Positions 44,345 through 57,532 of a stretch of DNA of 64,000 bases are shown here, in pieces; position 1 is the stretch's first letter, and each line of letters begins with the position of its first letter. Both the position numbers and the translations under genes were made by a program. Below the pieces are notes generated by a model that had not been told where the DNA came from, ran no database searches, and saw nothing but the letters and a program-made list of their open reading frames with translations. The stretch spans positions 62,001 to 126,000 of the forward strand of contig ADNK01000506.1 of the NCBI GenBank assembly GCA_000320545.1, written 5' to 3'. The DNA is from Bigelowiella natans CCMP2755. Its lineage: Eukaryota; Protista; Cercozoa.

Positions 44345-45626
44345 ATTCTCTCCCCATCAATCCCTGCTTAAGGGGGGGGGTAGCTCTTGAGTACCAACTC
44401 TTGGATGATGATGATGATGTTAAACTGCTATTGCCGATGCTATGCTGCTGCTGCTGTTCTCTGATCGCCCTGTTAGATTTATTAGTGGAAGTGGTGGTGG
44501 TGGTGGTGGTGGTGGCAGTATTGGAATGTAGCTTATTCAAAGAGTTTACATATTCCCGGGCGAGGTGATGATTTTGTCGGATACCAGAAAGAAGGTTCTC
44601 GTAAGATATCCTCTTATAATTATTACGAAGAAGGAGGAGAGAAGGTGTTGATTTAGTGGCATGATTGATATGCATATGCTGCTGCTGCTGCTGCTGGTGG
44701 TGGTGGTGTTGTCTTGAAGTTGATAGAGGAGGGACATTAGGAAGCTTCGTATCATTCACCAGAGCGCGACATCTTTGTTTCCACAGGAGAACCTAAACAC
44801 TCGCATCATCACGTATAACCATCACTCGTCGTCTAACAGGGGAAGGTTGTAGTATTCCTTCATGTCAATAATAATACCTTTTCCATGCGACTAATCCAAG
44901 AGTCTTCTTCGATTGCTTGTGGATGTTCTTTCCGGTGGTATATCTCAGCTATATGGTTGGTGGGGCCAACATCATCATCCTTCATATGGATTTCTTACAA
45001 TATGAGTTTGTTAGAAAAGTACTTTGATATTGCATCGTTTTCTTTTCATCGTTAGTCTGGTTCTTAAAGTCCAGATGATTATCTGCCATTATCTCTGAGG
45101 AGGATGAACTTTTCCCATTTCTTACAGATTTTCTTAGACGCAAGTTGTCATTAGCAATCACAACCCAATCCTATATCGTCAGATCCATATTGAAAGCGAA
45201 GGGATGCGTTAATTAAATATAGAGTGCTGCTGTCTAAATGGTGATGATGATGATGGTGATGATGATAATGATGATGAGAAATAGCCAGCATCTCACCTTA
45301 GGACATGATGTCCATACGTCTCCATCTTTGTATTCGATAGCTAGCGTATCATTTTCCATGTTTATTCTTCTAATTGTTCCTGGATACCTTGTGAATGCAT
45401 GATGATGGTGTGAGAAGCAGCAGGGGGAAAAGAAGGGAGAGGAAGATACTCATAAATTTCTAATTGTAGTGAATAACGACGGAAACTTTGACTGGATGAT
45501 GACAACGATTTGAAAATAATAGTAGGGTATTGTTCAGCACCGGGGAATCAATAGGATTATGCAGGTTGCAGCAGGGAGTCATCATCATCATCATCCTCAT
45601 CATCATCATCCTCATCATCATCATCC

Positions 45627-45657
<31 letters not shown>

Positions 45658-46207
45658 TAGGAATATCCAGGTAGTCGACTTACCATCTTCTGTGATCACG
45701 GTACCTTGCCACTACCAAATCTCCTACCTTTAGAACCACTTGATGCTGCTGAATCACGAAGTATCATATCATAGTGGGTAAATTAATACTTGTAGTAAAG
45801 AGCAAGCAATCTACTACGACTAACTACGACCGTGTACATCGTCGTCGTTCGATGGAATGATGAATCATCAACATTATAATGATAATAACTGAACATCTAC
45901 CACGTTCATCTTTCTCGTTTCAACGAAAATCTTTTCCATGAGACTAAGGCCATCTTTAAACAAGGGAATATTATCTCAACAAGTAGGATACTCATCAACC
46001 GCACAGTGTATCGAGAGTGGAATGTCATTGCTTATCATCATCACCACCATCTCGCTATTCGAATAATCAGTAGTTACCAGTGAAGGAAGAGGAGGAACAA
46101 CACCTTTTTTTGCTAGATGCTGCTTCTGCTGCTGCTGCCGACGAAGATGCGCCGTTGTTTTTATTCGTCCTTGTCATCGTCGTCGTCGGCATCATCATCA
46201 TCATCAT
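43920..46207 (-). CDS. Protein with an N-terminal Tudor/Agenet-like domain and a C-terminal chromo-barrel/Tudor-knot-like domain; start uncertain
   Basis: LKVGDLVVARYRDHRRW|YPGTIRRINMENDTLAIEYKDGD; C-terminal CYDKALGSWKR|VCVRRI...VLVKYEGWGDSFDE; low-complexity linker. Confidence 0.6.
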
Positions 46208-46311
46208 CGTGCTACATGCATCATGTATACAACAACAGTAGCCGTTTGAATGCACAAATTGATTTCTCACAAACACATCTGTTGTCTGTCCTATGGGATG
46301 ATATCTTACGA

Positions 46312-46429
46312 CTGCGACAACCATCAAATCTTGTCGCAGGACAAAAATAACACAAAGTATCGTACATGTCGTTCGCTGTTCATCCTTGAATATATTGACT
46401 ACTGCGACAAGCATCAGAGGTTGTCGCAG
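46312..46429. repeat. Two copies (90-bp period) of the interrupted palindrome CTGCGACAA-N10-TTGTCGCAG
   Basis: Copies at 46312-46339 and 46402-46429; arms identical, spacers and flanks diverged. Confidence 0.9.
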
Positions 46430-46553
46430 GGCAAAAATAGCGTACAGTACACTTGAATGCTCTTCTCCACGTAGACTAGCAGTTGACAAGCAGTTTCACT
46501 TCATTTGTCGTACGGGCGGCGGCTGCTTCCACCATCCCTCCCCCCCTCCCCCG

Positions 46554-48325
46554 ATGAACTACGATGCTGCATCCCCAACACCGCCAACGCTACTACCTGG
46601 AATTGTGGTGTGTGTAATCAGTTATTTACTTTACAATTGAATAATTTTATCATGCAGTGATAATCACTACTGCAGGAAACACCAGCTGAACGACGACGCG
46701 GTTCTGGTGACATATATCCAGCATCAAAAGTCTTTGGCGATGATGACGACGATGATGAGAGAAATGATAGATTAGCTGATAAAGATTCTGAAGCAAAAGC
46801 AGCACTCTTCGTGAGAACAACATCTGACTATGCAGATTACTTTGATGTAAGTCGTAGTATGTTTCCTGACTGAAAATTGTGATGGTTGATGATCTCCCTG
46901 CAGCAATGCTCAGTATTAACACTCCATGATCTATTTTATACTACTATCTTAGCTGAATGGTGACGGAGAAGTCAACATAGTGGATCTACGTAAGGATCTC
47001 TATCAAGAGCCCGTTTATAACCAATATAATATTCCATTTTCTCTCATCAGTGAGTTGTCCGTTGATGTGCTATGACGCCCTCGAGCTGATTCTGGGTATA
47101 GGTTTCAAATCAATACCAATAGGTATGATCATTTCTAACTTCTGGTATGTAGTCATAAAGCAACTACTGAATCATCATCCCTTTCCTATAGGTGCGAGCG
47201 TAGGATCTGTAATGGTCATCATTGGATTGCAACAAAATTTAGCTGGGATTGTAAAGCTTCATGAAGGATTACAAAGATTCAGTGTAGATCTTTCAAGTTT
47301 CATATCCTGGGTATCACTTGGGTTCACAGCCACTATAGTGTTGGACTCCCTCATTGTTTTCCATGGTAAGTACGTACGTAGCTGTATATAAATAGACCTT
47401 TTTATTTGCTGAAAAGTTGAGATATATCTTTATTACAATGATAATAACAATATCAGGGCTTGTAGGATCAATCATGGCGGTTGAAAATGACTACTGTGGT
47501 CGAGGGGCAGGAAAATGCTGCAATCTGAAGTGCAATAGTTGTTTGGAGTCTTCGTTAAGTGTTTGCGGTTGTTGCCTTCGCTCCACATATCAAGTATTCC
47601 TTGCAATAGTAGGTTCGATATTACTCTGGTTGACCTTCTTTGCATTTCTCGGAGAAGTTGTTGCTGGGACTATTCTTACAGTAGCGTTCATAGGAATAGA
47701 GAAGACCTGCGACTTTGCAATACCAATAGCACGCGAGCAAATTAACAATACAGCTTCTCATGTCCTTGAATTTTACGAGTCATCCGGGATACGATCTGGT
47801 GTTCAAGCGGTGTCCAACCCTCCATTTAGGATGAATATTGAAAACGAAGTTTACGACACTGTGAACGATATCTCGACACAGGCAAATTCATACGTGGCTG
47901 CAGTAGAGCAGCTCTGCGAATTGTTCGATGGAATGTCTCAAGCATCCCAAATGATTGCTGTTGGCGCCTTACTCTCCATCATAGCACAAGTCATTGTCAT
48001 GGCTTACCATATTAAATACTTCACTGTTTGGTGGTATGAAAATAAACGCGTGCAAGAGAAACTGAAACGTCATAACGACTCTACTGAGCCTGAATATGTA
48101 CACCCTGGCATTAAGCGGGCCTTAGATAAAGCCGACGAAAAGAAGGCACAAAAAATAGAGCTAGCTTTGAGGAAGATTTCTACTAAGCACGACAAAACGA
48201 AGATGTACAAGCGCACAAGACCCACATCCATATCGTTGCCGGAGCGGAAACTTGGCGTTAGTAAGCAGGATGAGGACAAGAAGTTGTTTAACTTGGCACA
48301 CAAAGGCCAAGGTGGTTTCGCATAA
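46554..48325 (+). CDS. Four-TM membrane protein with an EF-hand-like loop and Cys-rich loop; resembles the lipophilin (PLP/DM20/M6) family
   Basis: FD|LNGDGEVNIVDL; TM1 IPIGASVGSVMVIIGL; TM2 ending DSLIVFHGL; Cys-rich loop; TM3 followed by EKTC; QLC followed by TM4 IAVGALLSIIAQVIVMAY. Confidence 0.6.
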
Positions 48326-49176
48326 GTTGAGGAATGAAGTCGCACACCACCGCGTGCGAACTTAGATTTTTTTATTAAATCGCCGCCGTCATAATTGTGC
48401 TATACACCGCAAACTATGCATTCTCGTCCCAGTAATAGTGGATGATCATCGAATGCTAGCCTAGTAGTGAGGCTAAAAGCACGTTGAGCTTACTGTACTG
48501 GCTGTATCATACGCAAAGTTGACCACCGTATTGACAAATGATATCTTCTACTTTACATTCGAGAGAGAGATAAATTCAACTGGTGCTGTTATTGAGATTT
48601 GTGTACCATTTGCATCATATTTCAGTCATTTGTTAGCTCCAATGTTCGCAGCTCAGATGGGTGCTCGGTATGCGACCGCGTCTAGCGCGTGCGTGCCAGC
48701 GGCGATATACGCTGCATCAAATGTAGCTGTTGCTGGCTTGCAATGCGGGAATTGCACGCCACATCTAGACATGCTAGCATGCGGCAATGTAGTGAGCGAT
48801 CGATGTAGCGCTACATATACGTACAAAGCACTATACGGTGTGCACAAATCGGGTGGTACGTACGTACGGCGTGCTAGCGTGAGTGATCGATGATCGAACG
48901 GCCTAGGCTTGCGCATTGATGCATTTGTATCTAGCAGATATCAGCACCGCAATAGCTAGCTGCATACGCAGGGCGACCATGGGTACCCACCACCAACAGC
49001 TGCATGCAGTAATCATGACCACACATGCATCGGACTATGCACTCCTTTGCACACCACATGCGTCATTCATGCATGAACCATATACAGCACAGGTGTACCG
49101 AATGGCTGTGTTCTTCACGCTTGGTAGTGTTCTCACGCTCTAAGTCAGCGCAACTTAAGTAATGACGCAGTTATTC

Positions 49177-49600
49177 CATTTGGATACTCTCTAAAGTCTT
49201 TTGGTTTCCCTTCCTCAGAATCTACATAAAACAAGAATAGTTCTTTAAAAATGTAGATTTCAATCAAGAAACACCATTCCTGCTGATATTTAGGTAGAAA
49301 TTGGGCAGATTTTCTACAAAGAAAAACAATATTTTCCTCGTACGGAAGATATGTACCTGATCTATAAGCTTCATATTCTCCAATGCATTATCAATCCCTG
49401 GCCATATCTCATCATCACCTGCTACAGCACGCACGTCATCTGCTTCTCTCCCTGCTACACCCTGCTTTTCAAAATGAAAGCTCAGTAACTAGGGGATATG
49501 ATGATAATAATTTGTATACCCTCTGCTGATTGTGCCTAATCGATGCTACAAATGCTGCTAATTGGTGCTCAAATGTGGTCTCTCCTTTACCATAGACCTG

Positions 49601-49633
<33 letters not shown>

Positions 49634-49766
49634 TGTTGTTCAGCATGGCATAAAAGAAGAACAAATACGATGATGGTGATGATGAATAATGACAACTTGA
49701 ATATTATCGTATGCACATATTACGCTTCTCAGTGTTTTCCTTCAAATATATTTGTCCGTGCATATG

Positions 49767-49807
<41 letters not shown>

Positions 49808-50772
49808 TTGTGCCTGAAGAGTCTTCGAGCGCTGATGCTTGTTATTCTTCACTACATCATCTGCCGTTGGATTTACTTGGATTTTGTGATATAGATACCT
49901 GTTATTATGTGTGATGTGTGTGTGTGTGTGTGTGTGTATGTGTGTGTGTGTTTCTGCGTGTATACTTTCACTACTGCTACTGCAACAGTATTATTCTTCG
50001 GCGAGCATGAAAGTTGTCTATGCATTGGATCTCATCATAAGGTACTATCATTGTGTGATGACAATCATCATCATCATCATCATATTGTTGGCTGTCAGTT
50101 GTATCCGTAGTTCTTCTCGATATCATCTATAGTTTCGACTGTTGTAATCTGGTTGGTGGGTTCCTTTTTTTCATCACGCCCCCCCCTCTCTTCCTCTCTC
50201 ATTTCTGATCTTACGGATGGCCTATGTTGATTGCAGATACAGTATGCTTTGATCCCTTGATCCTTTTTATTCATCCATCAAGCAGTAGTGCAGTTATAGT
50301 AGCAGTAGTAAACATATTGCATAAGATTTGATGAGGATGATGATGATGAGGAGGAGGAGGAGGAAGAGGACATTGCTATCAGCATCATTATATTGAGAAG
50401 AAAATAGTACTCGTAGTAGCCAACATCGAGGTACGGTACTAGAGGAAGTGAGAATGCCACTTCTACTGTTGTTTTACAACAACAACAACAACTACTACTA
50501 CTACTACTATTACTACTATTTGTAGGACTACTACTCGAGATTCCATGATGGTGTTTCAACTCTAGCTTTTTCCACAGTAAAGTGAACCACTACTACGTCC
50601 TCCTCCTCCTTCATTAGAGGAGTAGTAGCTTCAAGACGTGCTGATAGGTGATATGGTGATGTAAACTCCGCCGTTTCAACTCTGTACGTCGTTTCTTTTG
50701 GCAGGACGAATCGTATAGTGTCAACCGCATAGCACCACCTAGATGATGATTGACTGATTGATGGTGATGATA

Positions 50773-50806
<34 letters not shown>

Positions 50807-51009
50807 CAATAACAACAACTACAACAACAACGACGATGATAATGATGGTGGTGGCATGTTTATTTATGGTAAGAAGAGCAATACGGCTTGTGGACATTAT
50901 CTTATTACCTGTGTTTTATTCTCATCACCAATATTATCAACATCACTATCATCATTAGTAGCAGCAGCAGCAGCATCATTCGTATGGAATCAACAATGGC
51001 GATTCTTCT

Positions 51010-51040
<31 letters not shown>

Positions 51041-51234
51041 TTCTTTGAATATTGGTTGATTATTAAACCGATCTAATAGCTTGATTTTGTCTTTGGTGGA
51101 AGAAGACGAAGAGGGAGGTGGAAGAGAATAAAACGTCATTTTTGCTGCAGCTTTCGGATCCACAAGCGAGAAATTGAAGGTGATTGAGATTATATTTCCC
51201 ATAAATTTGGAATCTTGAACGACGCGCTGAAGAA

Positions 51235-51265
<31 letters not shown>

Positions 51266-51881
51266 ATGATGATGATGATGATGGTGATATACTCATTCTA
51301 ACAAGGAAAAGGAGGATTGCGTTCTGTGCTTTTCTGTTTCGTACAACATAAACGAGGTAGACAAATATCAATCATCACCATAAAAAGGGGTATGTATTGT
51401 GTGTTGATTTCATTTTTAGATAAAGGTGCGAAGGGTTAAACGTATAATATCTAATATTCCTTGACTACTGTTTTTCCCATCCCTATGGTTGCTTGCTGTC
51501 AGTCACCTTTACGTGTCTCGCAACAGGATGGAATCGATAGTGATATCCCTCAAGAACAATTATCTGCTTCTTCTTCTTCTTCGTCTTCTTATTCTTTGTG
51601 CGGTCGAGTGATGTCTCTGAAGGTAAAGAAGAAGAAGAAGAAAACAATGAGAACGATGATAGTGGTGACGATGATCTTATTTCACCTTCTTTTCCTTCCT
51701 CTTGATTCTGGTGATTATATCTTTCTTGAGAAGCAATCAGATCTCGTAGCACTTCTGCCTCCTATGTTAGTTGTCAAATACGTCCAACATATACTATCAT
51801 CATCGTTAGTTGTGAAATACGACGAATATATAGTATCATAGGCGGGTAAGAAGGTGATAATGACGTGCATGTACTTTGATA

Positions 51882-51912
<31 letters not shown>

Positions 51913-52280
51913 AAGAAGAAGAGGAAATTATAGCAGAGGAAAATAACTGATGATACCAATGGTCATGATGACATAAGATAAAATTTGAAAGCAGAGAGCA
52001 CTTTATTAGTTACGAATTAATACGGCACGCCATATTCAACAACAACAACATTGCAGATTCATGATGACACAAAGCAATCGATGATTGTTCCTTCTCTTCC
52101 TCCTCTTTCTGATTATCATCCCTCATCATCATCATCATCATCATCGTCGTCGTCGTCATATCTAGTATGAGAGCACATGATAGTTGAGAGTAAGTGGCTT
52201 TTCCACGAGGACATGTTTGCCCGCTAGAATGGCCCTTTTAGCCCACCTGAGTAAGTTGCCCCCATGGTGAGAATGATCAC

Positions 52281-52312
<32 letters not shown>

Positions 52313-52919
52313 GGATGATGATGATGGGTGTAGGTCATAATTACAGTATTCCATGAAGCATAGTTTCATCAGAGAGGGTCTCATCACAATCATCATCATC
52401 ACACCAAAGGAAGATTTCAAATACACACACGAATATTATCAACCTGTGATGTTTTCCTATTCCTACTGCTACTATGGCCACAACTGTACGACGACGGCTA
52501 CTACTACTACTAATACTACATGAAATGAAGTTCCGATGGGAGACCAATATACACCGCATCTACCTGACAATTTGAATCAAATATTCAGTGTGCAATCAAG
52601 TTGTATATACTAATCGTTACTACTACTGCTACTACGACGACTATGCTACTACCTACCTACCTTGGGATCTTCAAGGACTTTTTGGTATCCTTCATAAGCA
52701 TTTGGAATGCCAGCACTATCAGCATACTTTCGAGCTTTAGCCCCATCACGTGAGGCAACAGCATGGACTACGACCTGCATGGAGGAGGAGGAGGAGGAGG
52801 AGGACCGTCGTATTAATGATTTATGGTACTAATTACTTCTACGAGGAAGATTTCGATGCTGTAATCCATCGTCGCTTCGTGATGCAGTATGTGTAGTAGC
52901 AGCAGCAGCAGCAGCAGTG

Positions 52920-52958
<39 letters not shown>

Positions 52959-54033
52959 AGCGGATGCTGTTTTTAGCATGGAAAAGAAACGTATAGGAGG
53001 AGGAGGAGGAGGAGGAGGAGGAGGAGGAGGAGGGCAGAAATAGAGAAATCAGAGTCCACATCGTCGGTATGTTTATAGTGTGTCTTCTGCCTATGCTTTT
53101 GCAAATAATAAGTTTAAATGATGTCACGTGATGATGATGACATTTTCTGCTGCTGTGTCCTTCAGTGCTGGCCATAAAACAGCAAATTTTGCAATGTTAG
53201 ATGCCTGATGTACGTAGTAGGAAAACACATCAATTCCTTCTTCATATCAGGCACATCATCATCATCATCATCATCGTCATCATCATAATATGCTAATATC
53301 TCTCACCCCAAGAATGCCGATACGGACGGTGTCATCGTCATCATCATCACTGAATGAGGGGTTTACGTCAGGACGATCCTAGTAAATAAAAAACCGCACG
53401 TAGCAGTTATTGTATGATGATGACGGAGAGATGCACGAGCTATTCTTTTTAATGATTTCGTGAGGTCAAAGAGGGAGACAACAACTGGAAAATCATGTTC
53501 CTGGAAGATAGTTGTCGTAGGTTTCTGAGTGCTAAACTACTCCTTACGCAGCTCAGATGTGTATTCTATCTGTTGAAAGCACTTCTAGACTTGGTGGTGT
53601 TGAGTCTGGTGATTCTCTCAAGAGTGGCTACCAATGCTCCTCCTTCTCCTCCCCCTCTTCGAATAATGCGAAGATCTTGGGGAATTCTCCACAGTCGCAA
53701 ACCCATTGGATATCTAACAGCAATGGTAATTTTGTTTAAATTTTGCCTTGCTTAAAGAAGAAGAAGAAGAAGAAGCACGTGTGTTTGCTGTTACTGCAAT
53801 TGCATGATCCAATTATTACGCTTTGAGTGACGCCCTTATGATCCAGTAGACCAACAGACTTAACATCAACGGGTACCAATACCTGGATGTTATTATTAGT
53901 AGCTTCTGTTATGAGAAGGAGCAGAGAATCATCAATTCCATCGAGCAATTATCTATCACCCATGAACGACATCCAACAAGCTGCTGTAAGGAGGAGGAGG
54001 AGGAGGATTCGAAGGTTGGTTCTCAGCAGGCAT
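49177..54033 (-). CDS. Gfo/Idh/MocA family oxidoreductase (DHDH-like), probable N-terminal membrane anchor; ends approximate
   Basis: TVRIGILG|ASNIA, VHAVASRDGAKARKYA...GIPNAYEGYQKVLEDPK|VDAVY, WAKRAILAGKHVLVEKPL, CYAVDTIR and TTFEHQLAAFVASIR. Confidence 0.8.
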
Positions 54034-54445
54034 ATCTGATGAAAGTATGCTATTGGCAAGCTCTTATTTGATGATGCTCCAACAGCTTTTCGTGTAAATC
54101 CCGGCCCACACCACAGGAAGGACGTTGTGAAGGTGGTCAGCAGAACGAAGGGGGGGCAGATGATCGCAACAGTAGTAGTTCGAATTCTCCACAGGGGAAA
54201 AACACCGTATAATATCCTACGAAAAATGTCCTTACGAATAATTCCAAACCAACAATAACAACAAAGATCAGTTTGGTTATTAACCAGTAGATCTTGACCT
54301 TCCCTCCTGGTGGTGGTGGTGGAGGTGGTAAATAAAACCACGAAGGCAGGCAGATAGGCACAAAGGCGAACATCGGATCTGCTCTCTCCAACAACCATTC
54401 TTTTCTTACCCTGAAGAAGCTAAGCAAAGCACTACTAATTGTTTG

Positions 54446-56242
54446 ATGCACCTCCATCGCTTATCCTCCGTTGTAAAAAATGTAGCGCTTCTTCTATCAA
54501 GATGCAGAAGGTATTATTTTATTGGTTGCTTTGGATTTAAGGAAGGGTGAATTTCCTCATGTCCTTCATATTTGCAGCAGCAGCAGCTCATCAACATTAC
54601 TCGTGGGAAGAAGAATAGCTTCAAGATCAGGCCTCACTCACGGAGGAAGAAGCTTCTCTTCTGCCCGACGACTTGATGTATTCTTATTATTGCATTTTAT
54701 CATTTGAATCTTGTAGACTTGATGTATTCTCATCTCTACGTGCACATCGAATGCATTGTTGTTTGAACAAGACTCTCTTTCTTTCGCATCCAGGCTGACG
54801 ATGCTGTTCCCGTTATCGACTGCAGCTCTCTCTTCTCATCAAATGATGATCATGGTTATGATGCCCCCCATTGTACAGAGGAGCTTGTCTCACAGGTGGT
54901 GGTTTCCTCCTTGCCTGATACTTATGTTGCTACTTTTCAATATTACGACACAAGCATGGATAACATCCTTTGTATTGAACAATCAGGTACGTGAAGCGTG
55001 TGCAAATTGGGGCTTCTTCCAGATAGTAAACCATGGTATCGAACCAGAAATCATTCGGTCAGTAAGTAGTTACATATTATATGTGCTTGTGGATGATGCT
55101 GTGTACTACCTGTGCATTTATAGAAGAGGTAAAACTTCGTTCGCCCCTCCCCCTTCTCCATGAAGCAGCCAATGATCGAGTAATCCAACTGAGAATACAC
55201 CCTACTTGTTGTTTTGTGTACACTATTATCATCATCATCATCATCATTCGCATGCACCAAGAGGCTTTCAGGACCAAACACGCGCATTCTTCGCTCTTCC
55301 ACAACACGTAGGTCTCAGTAGCGTACTCGTTGCACACATCATCCATATTTATGCTATACCCTCTGATAGACGTATGGATCTTGCTCTATTCAGTGCTCCT
55401 TAGGGAGAAACAGATAATATCTTTTTAATTGGCCATGTTATTGGCAGGTGAAGTATGGATTGAGGAGATCAGTTGATAACTCAAGGGGTTTCTTTGACGA
55501 TGAGTTTACGAAGAGAAAAAGAGACTGGAAGGAAGGGTAGTAGTAGCAGTAGTAGTAGTAATAGTAGTATCATTTATTGTTGGAAGAAAAGTATTAAGTA
55601 CTCAAAGTTGCATGTTACTGACTTACTGCATTTCTTCATACGATGTGTTGTTGTCCTACTATATATCCTACTACTTCTCCTGCTATTGCAACATGTATAT
55701 ATAAAACCATCACTAATTTATGATGATTCACTTATTAACGAGCAGCCTAGATTTCGGTATGACGCCTTTGTGCCGTTCCAAAGATGCAATGGACTTCACT
55801 CTGGAAGGTTCTTTCTTCTTCTTCTTCTTCTTCTTCCACTAATCCTCTTTTTTGTCGTCGTCTTCTTCTTCTTCTTCCACTAATCCTCTTTTTTGTTGTC
55901 GTCGTCGTCGTCGTCGTCCTTTTCCGTTGTCATCATCTTGGGTGGGGAGTAGTAGTATACTACTCCAATGTATCATTTCTTTCTTTTCTGTGGTGGGGCA
56001 AACACGCACTACTACTTTTGATTACCTTTGTTGTTGTTATTGTTGTTGATACTATTCACGTTCCTTGGCTCCTATCCCCTCTATTTCTATGATATATATA
56101 TATATATATTCATAACTAGCCGCACCGGATGATGATATTCGGCACTCCAACCTTGACGGTTTCAACAGATTCCCCTCCGAGGTGGCAAATGATACATAGA
56201 ATACATCATGTGCTAGCTGCGACACTGTGGTTTGCACCTAAA

Positions 56243-56274
<32 letters not shown>

Positions 56275-57496
56275 CGACGGGTAATGATTCGAATAATGAT
56301 GAGGATGATGATGCTGCTGCTGCTGCTGCTTTATCTTCTGGGCGCGTTCTTTCGTCAATAGGAAGAAGCTCCTGGATTCAAGCGTGCAATGTGGACCTAT
56401 TTTGTTGCTATGACAAATCTGGCTGAACGTTTATCAGAGGTAGCACGAACCAATAGTTGTGATTAAGGATCATTAAGACGACCACATCGAGGATACCTGA
56501 CGTTAGAGCAGCACTTCATATCGATCGTGTGCATTATTCAACATTAATAATTATTGCACCTCCACGGGCGGCTGTGGAGCTTCTTTTCTTCATCAGTTGT
56601 ATATGTAACAACGATGGTGGGCAATGCGTCGTCATCGTCTTCGTCGTCGTCTAGTCTTTCTTATCAAGTAGCATAATGTTATTGTTTCACATCTATTACT
56701 ACTGCTACCATGTTGTGTGTTGTCCAAGTTCTATTACGTTACACTGCTGTAATATCTTGTCTTCTTCTTCTTGTTCTTGTTCTTCTTCTTGTTCTTCTTC
56801 TGTAGGTAATGGCATTAGGCATGGGAGTGGACAAGAGTTTCTTCAACGAACAATTAAGACACACACACACAAGCTTTCTAAGACTAAATTATTACCCGGT
56901 AAGTCAGTAGTAATAGTAGTAGTAGTAGTAGCTGTGGTTGTAGTTGTAGTAGTAGTAGTGGTAGTCGTACTTTCTTCATCGTCCATTTATAAATTGTTTC
57001 TGCAAATTGGCACAGATGATATGTTGATCTGATATATCTGGTTTATAGCGCTCACATCACATCACATCAATTTCTCTCTTCAAAGGTACTAGAGAAAGAA
57101 GAAGAAGGAAGCAGAGGACCTCATCATCCAAAGGATGGTGGTGCTTATAATGCTCCTCTAGGAATATCACCGCATTCGGTACTTCTACTACTACTAGTAG
57201 TAGTAGTTAGTAGGAGTAATAGCAGTTGTAGCGGTCAGTGCATGTTGGCACGCTGCTACTACTACAAATATATATGATGTGTGTTGTTAGTTCCGAAGAT
57301 TCTGTGTCTCCCAACCAGCAGTAGTATAGCAAACATATAATACTTACAGTGTTCTTCTTGCATAAATAGTGATACTGCACACCTGAGTCATTTTATTCAC
57401 TAGCTTATTTATTCAACCACAACAACAGGATGCTGGGTTCTTAACGCTATTATTACAAGACGATGATTGCCACTCCTTGCAGGTATAATGATATTA

Positions 57497-57532
<36 letters not shown>

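Noticed and set aside
46312-46429. CRISPR-like palindromic repeat
   Set aside because: Only two copies, with diverged loops and homologous 'spacers'; eukaryotic context and no cas genes.
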